Under the pieces are notes generated by a model, which had not been told where the DNA came from, ran no database searches, and worked only from the letters and a program-made list of their open reading frames with translations. The position numbers were made by a program, and so were the translations under genes. Of a DNA stretch of 20,000 nucleotides, positions 1 to 9,061 are shown one piece after another (positions within the stretch are counted from its first letter, which is position 1; each line of letters starts with the position of its first letter). This DNA comes from an uncultured virus (IMG/VR IMGVR_UViG_3300032665_001598) (taxonomy: Duplodnaviria; Heunggongvirae; Uroviricota; Caudoviricetes). The stretch lies in IMG/VR virus record IMGVR_UViG_3300032665_001598; one strand, written 5' to 3'.

Positions 1-945
1 AAGCGATATAATACCGGCACTACCACAGTTGCCTGGCTAAATAGACAATCTAGAGAAGTAGCGGAACAGAAATTATGGGACTTAATGGTTCAAAACATCG
101 AGGCAACAAGATTGCTAGTGGAGCGAGTAAGTGAACTCCCAGCGCCTCTTCGTATGGTCCGTCTTAGCAGTGATATCCTTCCTTGTTATACCCATGGGGA
201 TTTTTCTAGTTATTGGCTGGAACCTTCTGTTGTATCATACGCCGAAACCCACTTTTCACGAGTGGGTGCTCATGCTAGGGCTCACGGGGTTCGCCTTAGT
301 TTCCATCCTGGGCAGTTTACTGTTCTTGCATCATCTAATCCTGGCATTGTAGAACGTTCAATAGAGGAGTTTGAATATCATGCAGATATGGCACGTTGGA
401 TGGGTTACGGAAAAAAATTCCAAGATTATAAGATTAACGTACACATCTCGGGTAAACGCGGGCCAGAAGGTATCAGAGCCGCTTACAAAAAGTTGTCACC
501 TGAAGCTCGTAACTGCATCACCATCGAAAACGAAGAAAACTCCTGGGGGTTAAATGATTGTCTTACCATTAGTGATATTGTGCCTATTGTGTTGGACGTT
601 CATCATTATTGGATACGCGAAGGAGTCTATCTCCAGCCCAACGACGAACGTGTTAAGCGAGTTGTTGATAGTTGGCGCGGTGTTCGCCCTGCTATGCATT
701 ATAGCGTTAGTAGGGAAGATGTACTTGTGGGACATGCTACCGATCAAGCACCAGCATATCAGGCACTTTTGGTAGAAGGTTACAAAAAGCAAAAATTACG
801 AGCACATAGTGACTTTTACTGGAATCAACCTGTAACTGATTGGGCCTTGAGCTTTTGGGACCAATTTGATATACAATGCGAATCAAAAGGTAAAAATCTA
901 GCCAGTGAACAGGTATATAATCGGGCAAAACAGTTAGGTTTATAA
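1..945 (+). CDS. uvsE: UV DNA damage endonuclease (UvsE/UVDE family), 5'-truncated by the window edge
   Basis: Frame is open from base 1 (KRYNTGTTTVAWLNRQ...). UVDE motifs are present: RLSSDILP, RLSFHPGQFTVLAS, INVHISG, ITIENEE, IVLDVHH, MHYS, RAHSDF, DIQCESKGKNLA. Confidence 0.93.
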   Translation, partial: KRYNTGTTTVAWLNRQSREVAEQKLWDLMVQNIEATRLLVERVSELPAPLRMVRLSSDILPCYTHGDFSSYWLEPSVVSYAETHFSRVGAHARAHGVRLSFHPGQFTVLASSNPGIVERSIEEFEYHADMARWMGYGKKFQDYKINVHISGKRGPEGIRAAYKKLSPEARNCITIENEENSWGLNDCLTISDIVPIVLDVHHYWIREGVYLQPNDERVKRVVDSWRGVRPAMHYSVSREDVLVGHATDQAPAYQALLVEGYKKQKLRAHSDFYWNQPVTDWALSFWDQFDIQCESKGKNLASEQVYNRAKQLGL

Positions 946-981
946 ATACTATATTGCCGAAGTTAGGTCTTAGTAGTACCC

Positions 982-1014
982 CAAAGCCCGCTTTATGCGG
1001 GCTTTGTTCTTTTC
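982..1014 (+). terminator. Rho-independent terminator after uvsE
   Basis: Perfect 10-bp stem CAAAGCCCGC / GCGGGCTTTG with a 5-nt loop, followed by TTCTTTTC. Confidence 0.8.
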
Positions 1015-1044
1015 AGATAAATACTCAATAACAAGGTTAAAACA

Positions 1045-4000
1045 ATGAGTATTTTCGCTAACGTATTTGTAGGTAACACAGCTAACGACGGAACAGGCAC
1101 ACCGTTACGTAACGCATTTGAGATAATTGACCAGAACTTTGCTAATATTGCTGGCGGAAGCGCAGGCGCACCAGTGCAAAGTGTTGCTGGTCGAGGTGGC
1201 AATGTTATTTTAACAGTAAATGATGTCCAAGGTGTAGCCAGTAACGTTTATGTAGCAAGTCTATTCAATGGATATGCTTATACAAATTCTAATGTGGCCA
1301 ACTACTTGCCCACTGACTCGACTATCATTGCAATACAAACCAGTGTTAACCTGGCCAATGCCGCTATCGTTACGGCCAACACAGGTGTAGTTGGGTATGT
1401 TAATACCCTGGTTACCAACCTGGCAGGCACGATTGCCAACACATCAAACGATCATAACAATTTAAACAATGCAGTAACTAATATTACCACGTTGTTTAGT
1501 AATGCTGCCTCCCAGACAGTTAGTATCAACTTGATCAATGCCAACGTGACAGCCGCCAATGCCGCTATTGTTACAGCAAACTCTGCTGTGGTCAGTTATG
1601 TCAATGCACAAGACAGTTTATTGCAAGCAGAAATCACTGCCGCTAATGTAGCGATTGCAAATGTATCTTCTGCATGGCAAGCCAATGCCGCGGTATTGTA
1701 TGCTGACATACAGACTAATAATACCAATGAAGTTACCTTGGGCAACTATATCACAGCTGCCAATGCCGCTATTGTTACAGCTAACACAGGTGTGGTTAGT
1801 TATGTCGATACTTTAGTTACTAACTTAGCAGGCACAATCGCCAACACATCTAACGATCATAATAATTTAAACAATGCAGTAACTAATATCGCTACATTGT
1901 TCGGTAATGCTGCCGCACAAACAGTTAGTATCAACTTAATCAATGCAAACGTAACAGCCGCCAATGCCGCTATCGTTACAGCAAACTCTGCTGTGGTCAG
2001 TTATGTTAATGCTCAAGACAGTTTATTACAATCAGAAATTACTGCCGCTAATATTGCGATTGCTAATGTATCAACAGCATGGCAAGCAAATGCCGCAGTA
2101 TTGTATTCGGATATTCAAACTAACAATGCCAACGAAGTTGCATTAGGAAATTATATTACAGCCGCTAATGCCGCTATTGTTACAGCTAACTCTGCGGTAG
2201 TAAGTTATGTCAACAATCTAGTAACCCCAATTCAGTCTAATATTGTTACCTTGTTGAACAATGCAAATAACTTATCTGGTGCATTGACCAACATTACTAC
2301 ATTATCAACAGGTGTTAATCTAATCAACGCCAACATAACAGCCGCCAATTTGGCCATTGCATCTTTACAAAGTAATGCTGCTACACAATCTGCACAAATT
2401 GTAGCCGCTAATGCCGCTATTGTTACAGCCAACACCGCAGTGGTTAGTTATATCAACTCACTAATTGCTCCAATACAGGCCAACACCGCAAACATATTAA
2501 CAACAGATACAAACTTGGCCGGTGCATTGACCAACATTACTACACTAACAAATGATATCAATTTAATTAATGCCAACGTATCTGCTGCAAACATTGCTGG
2601 TATCAACGTAGCGTCGGAAATTACTGCTATCAATGCAAACGTAACAGCCGCTAACCTGGCAATTATTACAGCAAACTCTGCTGTGGTGACTTATGTTAAT
2701 TCATTGATTGCTCCAATACAGGCCAACACCGCAAACATATTAGCCACAGATGCTACTCTGGTAGGAGCATTAAACAACATCACAACTTTGGCCGCAGATG
2801 TTATTTTAATTAATGCCAACGTAACAGCCGCCAATGCAAAAATTGCAACACAGGCTGGCACCATTACAACTCTCAATACTGACGTTGCGGCATTGACTGC
2901 AAATGTAACAACTGGACCATTTACAATTAGTGGTAACGTCCGAAGTGCTAACCTTATTGCCACAAACTCTGTGATATCAACTACAGGTTACTTCTGGGCC
3001 AATGGTGCAGAGTATGTGACCAGCATGAGTTCCACTGGTAATATTACTTTTGTTGGAGACAATATCAGTAGTGTTGACAACAGCGGCGGTATAAACTTTT
3101 ATAGTAACGGTAAAATCCATATTGAAAGTCTAACTGGCTTCGACAGTAGTAATCCTGCATACTGGGTAGACATTGGTAATTTACAAAATGTCAATACTGG
3201 CAACCTAGGTATCAATTTTAGTAATGCTGGCAGTTTTGCCAATACTACAGTGGCAACATATGACTGGTGGGATGGTATTGGCGCTGGTCAAACAAACAAT
3301 AGTTCTACCAAACACGCAACCTTTGGTCTATATCGTGGCGACGGAGTTCCGGGCAATGGCCAAACTCGTGCTTATATCACGTTTGATACAGGTAGTGCTG
3401 CCGCAACTGCACCTATAGCAGTTCAAGCCAATAGTGCAGTCATTACTAACGGCGATAATATCACAGTCGGTAACATATATACACTTGGTGGACACCTAAG
3501 AACTACAGCGCCAATTGCCAACGTGTTTAATTCAACTAACACATTGTATATGGGTATTGGTGCTAATGTTATCCTAATAGGTAATGTTAACAGCACAGTA
3601 ACCACACAAGGCAATCTTGCAGTTACAGGTAATGTTATTTCTAACAATTATCAATTTGCAAATGGTGTTAATATTTTATCTACTGTTACTTCAAATACTG
3701 CAACAGTATCGGCATCACTACAAACGTTGCAGGCGAATGTTGGTGCGTTTGAGTTATATGCTAATGCCAACATTGGTGCTATAACAACATCTTTACAAAC
3801 ATTAAATGCCAACGTGGGCGCATACGAAATTGCCACAAATGCTAACCTAGGTACAGCAACTACAAATATTACTACCCTGTTTAGTAATGCTGCCGCCCAG
3901 ACTACGCAAATTAATGCGGTTAATGCAAACGTAACAGCCGCCAATGCCGCTATTGTTACGTTACAAACTCAGACATACAGCAATGCAAACGTGGCCGCTT

Positions 4001-4362
4001 ACTTGCCAACATACGCAGGTAACGTATCTGCTGGTAATGTAATATCTAACAATCACCTGTTTGCAAACGGTGTTAATATCTTATCTACTGTTACTGCAAG
4101 TAGTAGTATTAGTAGCGGTAGTAGTAGTGTTGGCTTCCAAGGTGCAGGTGGCAATATATTGCTTGATGTAGGTGGAGTTCAAGTTGCTACAATCTCACAA
4201 ACACAGATAACAGTACTTGGTAACGTTGTAGCAACCGGCACAGTTTACTCCAGTGGCAACATTGCAATGGTATCTAATGTGGCAAGGTTTACTTGGGTAT
4301 CTAACGTAGCACCGACTTCAAGTCAAGGTAGTGTTGGCGATATTTGGTATCAGACTTTTTAA
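1045..4362 (+). CDS. Long Ala/Asn/Thr-rich phage virion fibre or baseplate-associated protein (1105 aa)
   Basis: N-terminal VFVGNTANDGTGTPLRNAFEIIDQNF resembles the motif at the start of T4-like baseplate/fibre proteins. VQSVAGRGGNVILT is a fibre-type repeat. There are many coiled-coil-like INANVTAANAAIVTANSAVVSYV repeats, and the C-terminus is APTSSQGSVGDIWYQTF. Confidence 0.7.
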   Translation: MSIFANVFVGNTANDGTGTPLRNAFEIIDQNFANIAGGSAGAPVQSVAGRGGNVILTVNDVQGVASNVYVASLFNGYAYTNSNVANYLPTDSTIIAIQTSVNLANAAIVTANTGVVGYVNTLVTNLAGTIANTSNDHNNLNNAVTNITTLFSNAASQTVSINLINANVTAANAAIVTANSAVVSYVNAQDSLLQAEITAANVAIANVSSAWQANAAVLYADIQTNNTNEVTLGNYITAANAAIVTANTGVVSYVDTLVTNLAGTIANTSNDHNNLNNAVTNIATLFGNAAAQTVSINLINANVTAANAAIVTANSAVVSYVNAQDSLLQSEITAANIAIANVSTAWQANAAVLYSDIQTNNANEVALGNYITAANAAIVTANSAVVSYVNNLVTPIQSNIVTLLNNANNLSGALTNITTLSTGVNLINANITAANLAIASLQSNAATQSAQIVAANAAIVTANTAVVSYINSLIAPIQANTANILTTDTNLAGALTNITTLTNDINLINANVSAANIAGINVASEITAINANVTAANLAIITANSAVVTYVNSLIAPIQANTANILATDATLVGALNNITTLAADVILINANVTAANAKIATQAGTITTLNTDVAALTANVTTGPFTISGNVRSANLIATNSVISTTGYFWANGAEYVTSMSSTGNITFVGDNISSVDNSGGINFYSNGKIHIESLTGFDSSNPAYWVDIGNLQNVNTGNLGINFSNAGSFANTTVATYDWWDGIGAGQTNNSSTKHATFGLYRGDGVPGNGQTRAYITFDTGSAAATAPIAVQANSAVITNGDNITVGNIYTLGGHLRTTAPIANVFNSTNTLYMGIGANVILIGNVNSTVTTQGNLAVTGNVISNNYQFANGVNILSTVTSNTATVSASLQTLQANVGAFELYANANIGAITTSLQTLNANVGAYEIATNANLGTATTNITTLFSNAAAQTTQINAVNANVTAANAAIVTLQTQTYSNANVAAYLPTYAGNVSAGNVISNNHLFANGVNILSTVTASSSISSGSSSVGFQGAGGNILLDVGGVQVATISQTQITVLGNVVATGTVYSSGNIAMVSNVARFTWVSNVAPTSSQGSVGDIWYQTF
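1354..2210 (+). repeat. Intragenic 405-bp (135-aa) tandem duplication, two full copies plus the start of a third
   Basis: ANAAIVTAN(T/S) units start at 1354, 1759 and 2164. The copies are near-identical in protein but show many third-position differences. Confidence 0.85.
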
Positions 4363-4365
4363 TAT

Positions 4366-5739
4366 ATGATAGCTACTAGCAACGTTAGCTCAAATTCATT
4401 TTCTATACCAATGGGAAGTTTTCCATCTGCGACTAATATTAACCAACTTGGGTTTTTAACTCCTACACAGATAGCAACAGCATACAACATGCCACTTTCC
4501 ACTGGTTCTAACGTTAAAATTGGAATTATTAGTTTAGGAGGCGGATGGAACGCAACAGATTTTAATAATTCTATGAGTGATATGGGGCTAAATTCACTGG
4601 TTACTAGTGCTAACATTACTACAGTACTAGTAGACGGAGCTACAGGTAATGTTGGATTTAATACAGATGCCGACGGCGAGAATACTCTTGACTTATACTG
4701 CGTAGCCGGCATAGCACCTAAGGCTAATATTGTTATATATATCGGAACACCATCAGGACCCAATTACGGAACTACTAATCCGTTAGTGACCCCATCGCAG
4801 AATTTAACAACAGGATTTGGTAATCTTATTAATCGTGCTGTAAATGAAAACTGTGATATTATTTCGATTAGTTGGGCAACTCCAGAATCATTTATTAGTA
4901 GCGGAACAACTTATTATTTCGGAGACTGGCTTGCGGCCCCATTGGCAAATGCTGCCGCAAAAGGTATCAGTGTTCTTGTTGCGGCGGGCGATTATGGAAG
5001 TGAGGGGTATGCTAATGCTAATATAGTTAGTGTATCGTATCCAGCAACAAGCTCAAATGCTATTGCTGTTGGTGGAACTAACTTAACCTTGGGAACAGGC
5101 AATGTTCGACTTGGAGAAATTGTTGAAAACAGAGACCCATTATTTGGGATGGGGTGGGGTAGTGGCGGAGGAATTAGTACTACTATTCCTGTGCCAACTT
5201 GGCAATCCGGGTTAACATACAAACGCTATTTTGTATCTAATTTAACGGCTAGTTCTCCTATTACATTAACTACTAGGGGAATTCCTGACATCGCTGGACC
5301 AATGAACGCTTATGCTATGTGGTTAAACGGTACTCCGGCCGGTTATGGTGGTACTAGTGCCGCAACACCCATCATGGCAGGAATGCTGGCTAGATTTATG
5401 TCACTAAATGGAGGTCGCCGACCTATACCCAATGCTATACATCCTGTACTATACGGAAACTTAAATGCGTATTATGACATAACCACAGGGAATAATGCTA
5501 CAACAACATATCTGAATGGATATGCCGCAAGTTCAAACTGGGATCCGGTTACCGGAGTAGGTGTACCGTACGGTAACGTAGTTTATCAAATGGTTGCCAG
5601 TGGCGGAACAACTGTTAAAACAACCGCAAATACTTGGAGTTATATAGCTAACGTACAGGTTAAAACAGCCGCTAATACCTGGAGTAACGTTAAGGCCATT
5701 TATACTAAGACTGTAAATGGTTGGAGCCAAACTTTTTAA
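4366..5739 (+). CDS. S53 family (sedolisin/kumamolisin-like) serine-carboxyl peptidase with a short C-terminal Trp-repeat tail
   Basis: Catalytic motifs ENTLD (Glu/Asp), ISISW, AAGDYG (oxyanion Asp) and GGTSAATP (Ser). Also RGIPDIA and a Ca-site region DITTGNN...GYAASSNWDPVTGVG. Confidence 0.88.
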   Translation: MIATSNVSSNSFSIPMGSFPSATNINQLGFLTPTQIATAYNMPLSTGSNVKIGIISLGGGWNATDFNNSMSDMGLNSLVTSANITTVLVDGATGNVGFNTDADGENTLDLYCVAGIAPKANIVIYIGTPSGPNYGTTNPLVTPSQNLTTGFGNLINRAVNENCDIISISWATPESFISSGTTYYFGDWLAAPLANAAAKGISVLVAAGDYGSEGYANANIVSVSYPATSSNAIAVGGTNLTLGTGNVRLGEIVENRDPLFGMGWGSGGGISTTIPVPTWQSGLTYKRYFVSNLTASSPITLTTRGIPDIAGPMNAYAMWLNGTPAGYGGTSAATPIMAGMLARFMSLNGGRRPIPNAIHPVLYGNLNAYYDITTGNNATTTYLNGYAASSNWDPVTGVGVPYGNVVYQMVASGGTTVKTTANTWSYIANVQVKTAANTWSNVKAIYTKTVNGWSQTF

Positions 5740-5755
5740 CGATAAATAACATACT

Positions 5756-5971
5756 ATGTCAGCAAACGGAATCTCAACACTCGCAACCAAACAGGCCAAA
5801 CAAGAGGCCAAGTTGGCCCTGGCCGCAACCAAACGTGCCACTGCTGGCACCACGGGATATAGAACACTACACACCTTAGATACTACAGAATTGCCTACAC
5901 TTTATTCTGGAAATGTAGTAGTAGACAATGCCAATGTGGGAGGCCTAATCAAGGGCCGTCCGTGGAAGTAA
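5756..5971 (+). CDS. Small hypothetical phage protein (71 aa)
   Basis: Clean ORF filling the gap, preceded by a TAAATA motif. Basic N-terminal helix and C-terminal GLIKGRPWK. Confidence 0.7.
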   Translation: MSANGISTLATKQAKQEAKLALAATKRATAGTTGYRTLHTLDTTELPTLYSGNVVVDNANVGGLIKGRPWK

Positions 5972-6019
5972 CTAAATATACAAACAGGATATTATTTAGA
6001 AGAATCGTAACCATAATTG

Positions 6020-6048
6020 TTGACAAACATCATTTATTGTAGTATTAT
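6020..6048 (+). promoter_or_regulatory. Sigma70-type promoter
   Basis: TTGACA (6020-6025), 17-nt spacer, TATTAT (6043-6048), located upstream of the ORF at 6079. Confidence 0.7.
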
Positions 6049-6078
6049 TACTGAGCTAAAACTCAATAAATACAAACT

Positions 6079-7992
6079 ATGATACTTGCTTACCTATTAC
6101 TCATCACCGGTTTAACCATTAGCTCTGTAGCCATTTACTATTCAGTAGTTGGTCTCACAGCAATCTTCTCCGCGGCCGCTATCCCAATCATGATCATGGG
6201 TGCAAGCCTTGAGGTAGCCAAGTTAGTTTGTGCTACCTGGATCAAGCAATACTGGACACAAGTACCACGCTTAATGAAGACCTATATGGTTATTGCCATT
6301 GTGATATTAATGTTGATCACAAGTATGGGCATCTTTGGTTTCCTGAGCAAAGCACATAATGACCAAAACTTAGTATCCGGCGATGTACAATCCAAAATAG
6401 CAATCTACGATGAGAAGATTCGAACAGCACGTGACAACATTGATGCCGGCCGTAAACAGTTACGTCAAATGGATGATGCTGTTGATCAAGTAATGGCACG
6501 TAGTACAAGTGAAACTGGCGCTGACAAGTCGGTAGCTATACGTCGTAGTCAAGCTAAAGACCGTGCTAGCCTAGCTCGAGACATTGAATCAAACCAAAAA
6601 CTTATTGCCCAATTAAACGACGAAGCTGCACCTATCCGTGCTGAAGTTCGTAAGGTAGATGCAGAAGTTGGCCCTATCAAGTACATTGCGGCATTTATCT
6701 ACGGTACTACACCAGATGCCAACATGTTGGAAAAAGCAGTAACTTGGATCATTATCCTTATTGTTATTGTATTTGATCCCTTGGCAGTTATCATGTTGTT
6801 GGCAAGCCAAATGACATTTGGATGGCGGCGTGAGATTAGACAAGCACGTGCCAGTGCCGATGATGATGGTATGGTAGATAGTGATCCTACTATTATGCCT
6901 CCACCAAAAACTATATTCAATGCGTTTGCAGATGCATTAGAAAAGCGTATAAGCGACTACCACAACCTTAGAGAACGATTTAAGCCAAAGTCTAAGATTA
7001 TTGCATTGACACCAGAGTTAGAGGAGGAACTGGGTAAATTAGAACCCTCTTTCCGCGAAGGCGATTACTCCCCGTATGTACCTCATCAGAATCTTGTAGA
7101 TGTACTACATGACCTTGGTGATGTTCCTGTATTTGAACAACGTGAGGAACTTCCGTTGGAAGTCGAAGAACCTGTAGTAGATGAGCACCCATTCCGCGGC
7201 AAGGGAGTATCATATGGGATGCCAATGACTGCAAGTTATATGCAACCTAAATTGGTAGGAGAAGTACAAACGGAAATAGTGCCTGCTGAATCTGTTACAC
7301 CATTTACATTTGAAATGATTGATGACGAACCTGTAGAAGAAATGTTTGAAGACAAACCGGAATCTGTAATCGAAGAAGAACCTGTACTAATTACTCGCAT
7401 TGCTTTTCCAGAATCTAATTATAATATATCAATGGATGAACGTCCCGGCGATTATGTTGAAACTCCAAATGATTTATTATGGACTCCTGCTACTCAGGTA
7501 GACGAAGATGAAGCTGTTAAACAACTAATAGACATTGGATACTTAACCAACACTGGTGAAGTAAATCCAGAATACGTTCCAGACGAAACAGGAATTGCTC
7601 CCGACGAAGCTGTGGTTGAAACTACTCCTGTTACAGCAGTAACTCGAGAAGCAGCTCCAGGGCGCAATCGCCACGTTATGCACAGCCATATAGCAGTGGA
7701 AGCAGATAATGCTCCTGTGTTAGGCAAAGCCAGTCACAGTGACTTTGGCAATACATTCCCAACAAATCCAGAAAAAGGTGATACCTACTTACGTACAGAT
7801 TACCTACCAAATCGTTTGTTCAAATTTAACGATTATAAGTGGATAGAGGTTGACAAAGACAACATTGACGTGTATGCTTACGAAGAAGAGTATATCAAGC
7901 ATTTAATAAACGAAATCGCAGAAGGTCGTTACGATGTGGATAGTTTATCGGACTTAGAGCGCAGTAAGATTGAAGAATTTTTAAAGAAATAA
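6079..7992 (+). CDS. Membrane protein: N-terminal TM helices, coiled coil, further TM, long acidic region and a compact C-terminal domain
   Basis: About 3 hydrophobic helices in residues 1-90, heptad-rich region about 95-195, TM about 220-243, Glu/Asp/Pro-rich linker, C-terminal FGNTFPTNPEKGDTYLRTDYLPNRLFKFNDYKWIEV. Confidence 0.75.
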   Translation: MILAYLLLITGLTISSVAIYYSVVGLTAIFSAAAIPIMIMGASLEVAKLVCATWIKQYWTQVPRLMKTYMVIAIVILMLITSMGIFGFLSKAHNDQNLVSGDVQSKIAIYDEKIRTARDNIDAGRKQLRQMDDAVDQVMARSTSETGADKSVAIRRSQAKDRASLARDIESNQKLIAQLNDEAAPIRAEVRKVDAEVGPIKYIAAFIYGTTPDANMLEKAVTWIIILIVIVFDPLAVIMLLASQMTFGWRREIRQARASADDDGMVDSDPTIMPPPKTIFNAFADALEKRISDYHNLRERFKPKSKIIALTPELEEELGKLEPSFREGDYSPYVPHQNLVDVLHDLGDVPVFEQREELPLEVEEPVVDEHPFRGKGVSYGMPMTASYMQPKLVGEVQTEIVPAESVTPFTFEMIDDEPVEEMFEDKPESVIEEEPVLITRIAFPESNYNISMDERPGDYVETPNDLLWTPATQVDEDEAVKQLIDIGYLTNTGEVNPEYVPDETGIAPDEAVVETTPVTAVTREAAPGRNRHVMHSHIAVEADNAPVLGKASHSDFGNTFPTNPEKGDTYLRTDYLPNRLFKFNDYKWIEVDKDNIDVYAYEEEYIKHLINEIAEGRYDVDSLSDLERSKIEEFLKK

Positions 7993-8012
7993 TAACCCAA
8001 CTAAATAATATT

Positions 8013-8267
8013 ATGGCATACTACCCAAAAAACGATATTGCAAACATGTGCAAAGGCAACACAGTCACGTTACGTGAAGGTGAACCCGTAGAGAAAGCTC
8101 TACGCAAATTTAAGAAGAAAGTCTTGGAATCAGGCTTGCTTCGTGAACTCAAAGAACGTGAAACTTACGAAAAGCCTACAACAGCACGTAAGAAAGCCAA
8201 AGCAGCGGCCAAGAACCGTTGGCGCAAAAAGTTACTGTCCGAATCCCTGCCTAAAAAACTTTACTAG
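8013..8267 (+). CDS. rpsU: Ribosomal protein bS21 (phage-encoded); the start could instead be 8046
   Basis: VTLREGEPVEKALRKFKKKV...GLLRELKERETYEKPTTARKKAKAAA matches the bS21 consensus (V.VRENE..D.ALRRFKR...G...E...RE.YEKPT..RK.K.AAA). Confidence 0.92.
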   Translation: MAYYPKNDIANMCKGNTVTLREGEPVEKALRKFKKKVLESGLLRELKERETYEKPTTARKKAKAAAKNRWRKKLLSESLPKKLY

Positions 8268-8268
8268 C

Positions 8269-8439
8269 ATGAAAATGTTGGACATGTATACCTTGTTGGT
8301 AGTTGACAAGCATAATATTCTTTTGGAATATTTACAGGAAAAAGAGTTAAGGGAATTGAATCCAGCATTAATGGAGCAGTGGAAAAAGTACAAAACTCTA
8401 TTAGCTCTAGTAGATAAAAACAATCCCCGGACGAAATAG
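8269..8439 (+). CDS. Small hypothetical protein (56 aa, MKMLDMYTLL...ELRELNPALMEQWKKYKTLLALV...)
   Basis: ATG 1 nt after the rpsU stop, in the frame of track ORF 8143..8439. It fills the gap before hsp20. Confidence 0.55.
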   Translation: MKMLDMYTLLVVDKHNILLEYLQEKELRELNPALMEQWKKYKTLLALVDKNNPRTK

Positions 8440-8462
8440 ACGAAACCCAATTTGGTTAGTAG

Positions 8463-8470
8463 TATAAATA
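8463..8470 (+). promoter_or_regulatory. T4-like late promoter TATAAATA upstream of hsp20
   Basis: Exact TATAAATA in an intergenic position. The core TAAATA recurs upstream of many genes in this window. Confidence 0.6.
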
Positions 8471-8474
8471 TATT

Positions 8475-8540
8475 TGTAGATGCTGAATAATCGGGTCTAC
8501 ATTTTATAGTCATCTTGCTTAATAAAGGAGAAAACAAATG
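8475..8540 (+). promoter_or_regulatory. ROSE-like RNA thermometer in the hsp20 5' UTR
   Basis: Hairpin 8475-8501, then TCTTGCTT (8513-8520) pairing with the SD AAGGAGA (8525-8531) with a bulged G. This is the U(U/C)GCU hallmark of ROSE elements, directly upstream of a small heat shock gene. Confidence 0.6.
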
Positions 8541-8996
8541 ACAAATCAGTACACACTTCGCACCCTCGATTTACCTACACTAGCCGCACAAATGCATCGC
8601 AATGCCATTGGCTTCGATCAATTATTTGATCAGCTTAATCGCACAACCGGCTCCAAGGTAGACAACTATCCCCCACATAACATTATTCAATACGATGAGA
8701 ATCATCATGCTATTGAAATTGCTATTGCTGGATTTGCGGAAGATGAACTTTCAATCGAACTAACGGATAATATTCTAACTATCACTGGAGAACAAGAAGT
8801 TCAACCAGAAATAGAAGGAACTGTTTATATCCACAAGGGTATTTCAAACCGCAACTTTACTCGTACCTTTACTCTTGCAGAACATGTAGAAGTAAAGAGT
8901 GCAGTAGTTAAAAATGGTATTCTGACCATTGCTCTGGAACGTAACATTCCGGAAGAAAAGCAACCAAAACAGATTGCCATTAAGTTTGCAAAATAA
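8538..8996 (+). CDS. Small heat shock protein, Hsp20/IbpA family
   Basis: IGFDQLFDQL, NYPPHNI, IEIAIAGF, YIHKGISNRNFTRTFTLAEHVEVKSAVVKNGILTIAL...PEEKQPKQIAI. Strong SD AAGGAG. Confidence 0.95.
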   Translation: MTNQYTLRTLDLPTLAAQMHRNAIGFDQLFDQLNRTTGSKVDNYPPHNIIQYDENHHAIEIAIAGFAEDELSIELTDNILTITGEQEVQPEIEGTVYIHKGISNRNFTRTFTLAEHVEVKSAVVKNGILTIALERNIPEEKQPKQIAIKFAK

Positions 8997-9014
8997 GTAG
9001 TTAGGCTGTATAAT
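8986..9014 (+). promoter_or_regulatory. Possible sigma70-type promoter for clpS
   Basis: TTGCAA (8986-8991), 17-nt spacer, TATAAT (9009-9014). Confidence 0.5.
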
Positions 9015-9043
9015 AAGGGATGAACAACAAATCATCCCTTATT
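9012..9043. other. Perfect 12-bp inverted repeat between hsp20 and clpS (terminator, processing site or operator)
   Basis: AATAAGGGATGA-ACAACAAA-TCATCCCTTATT. Confidence 0.6.
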
Positions 9044-9061
9044 CCTACCATGAGTGAATCA

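Noticed and set aside
1354..2850. Repeated GCCAATGCCGCTATTGTTAC-like units as a CRISPR array or a DGR template/variable repeat pair
   Set aside because: The repeats are in-frame coding units with third-position variation, not adenine-specific changes. There are no unique equal-length spacers and no cas or reverse transcriptase gene in the window.
8143..8268. 5' extension of the 98-aa ORF overlapping rpsU
   Set aside because: It overlaps the clear bS21 gene in another frame. The ATG at 8269 gives a non-overlapping gene.
8303..8331. TTGACA as a sigma70 -35 box
   Set aside because: There is no good -10 hexamer at 16-18 nt spacing, and it lies inside a probable small ORF.
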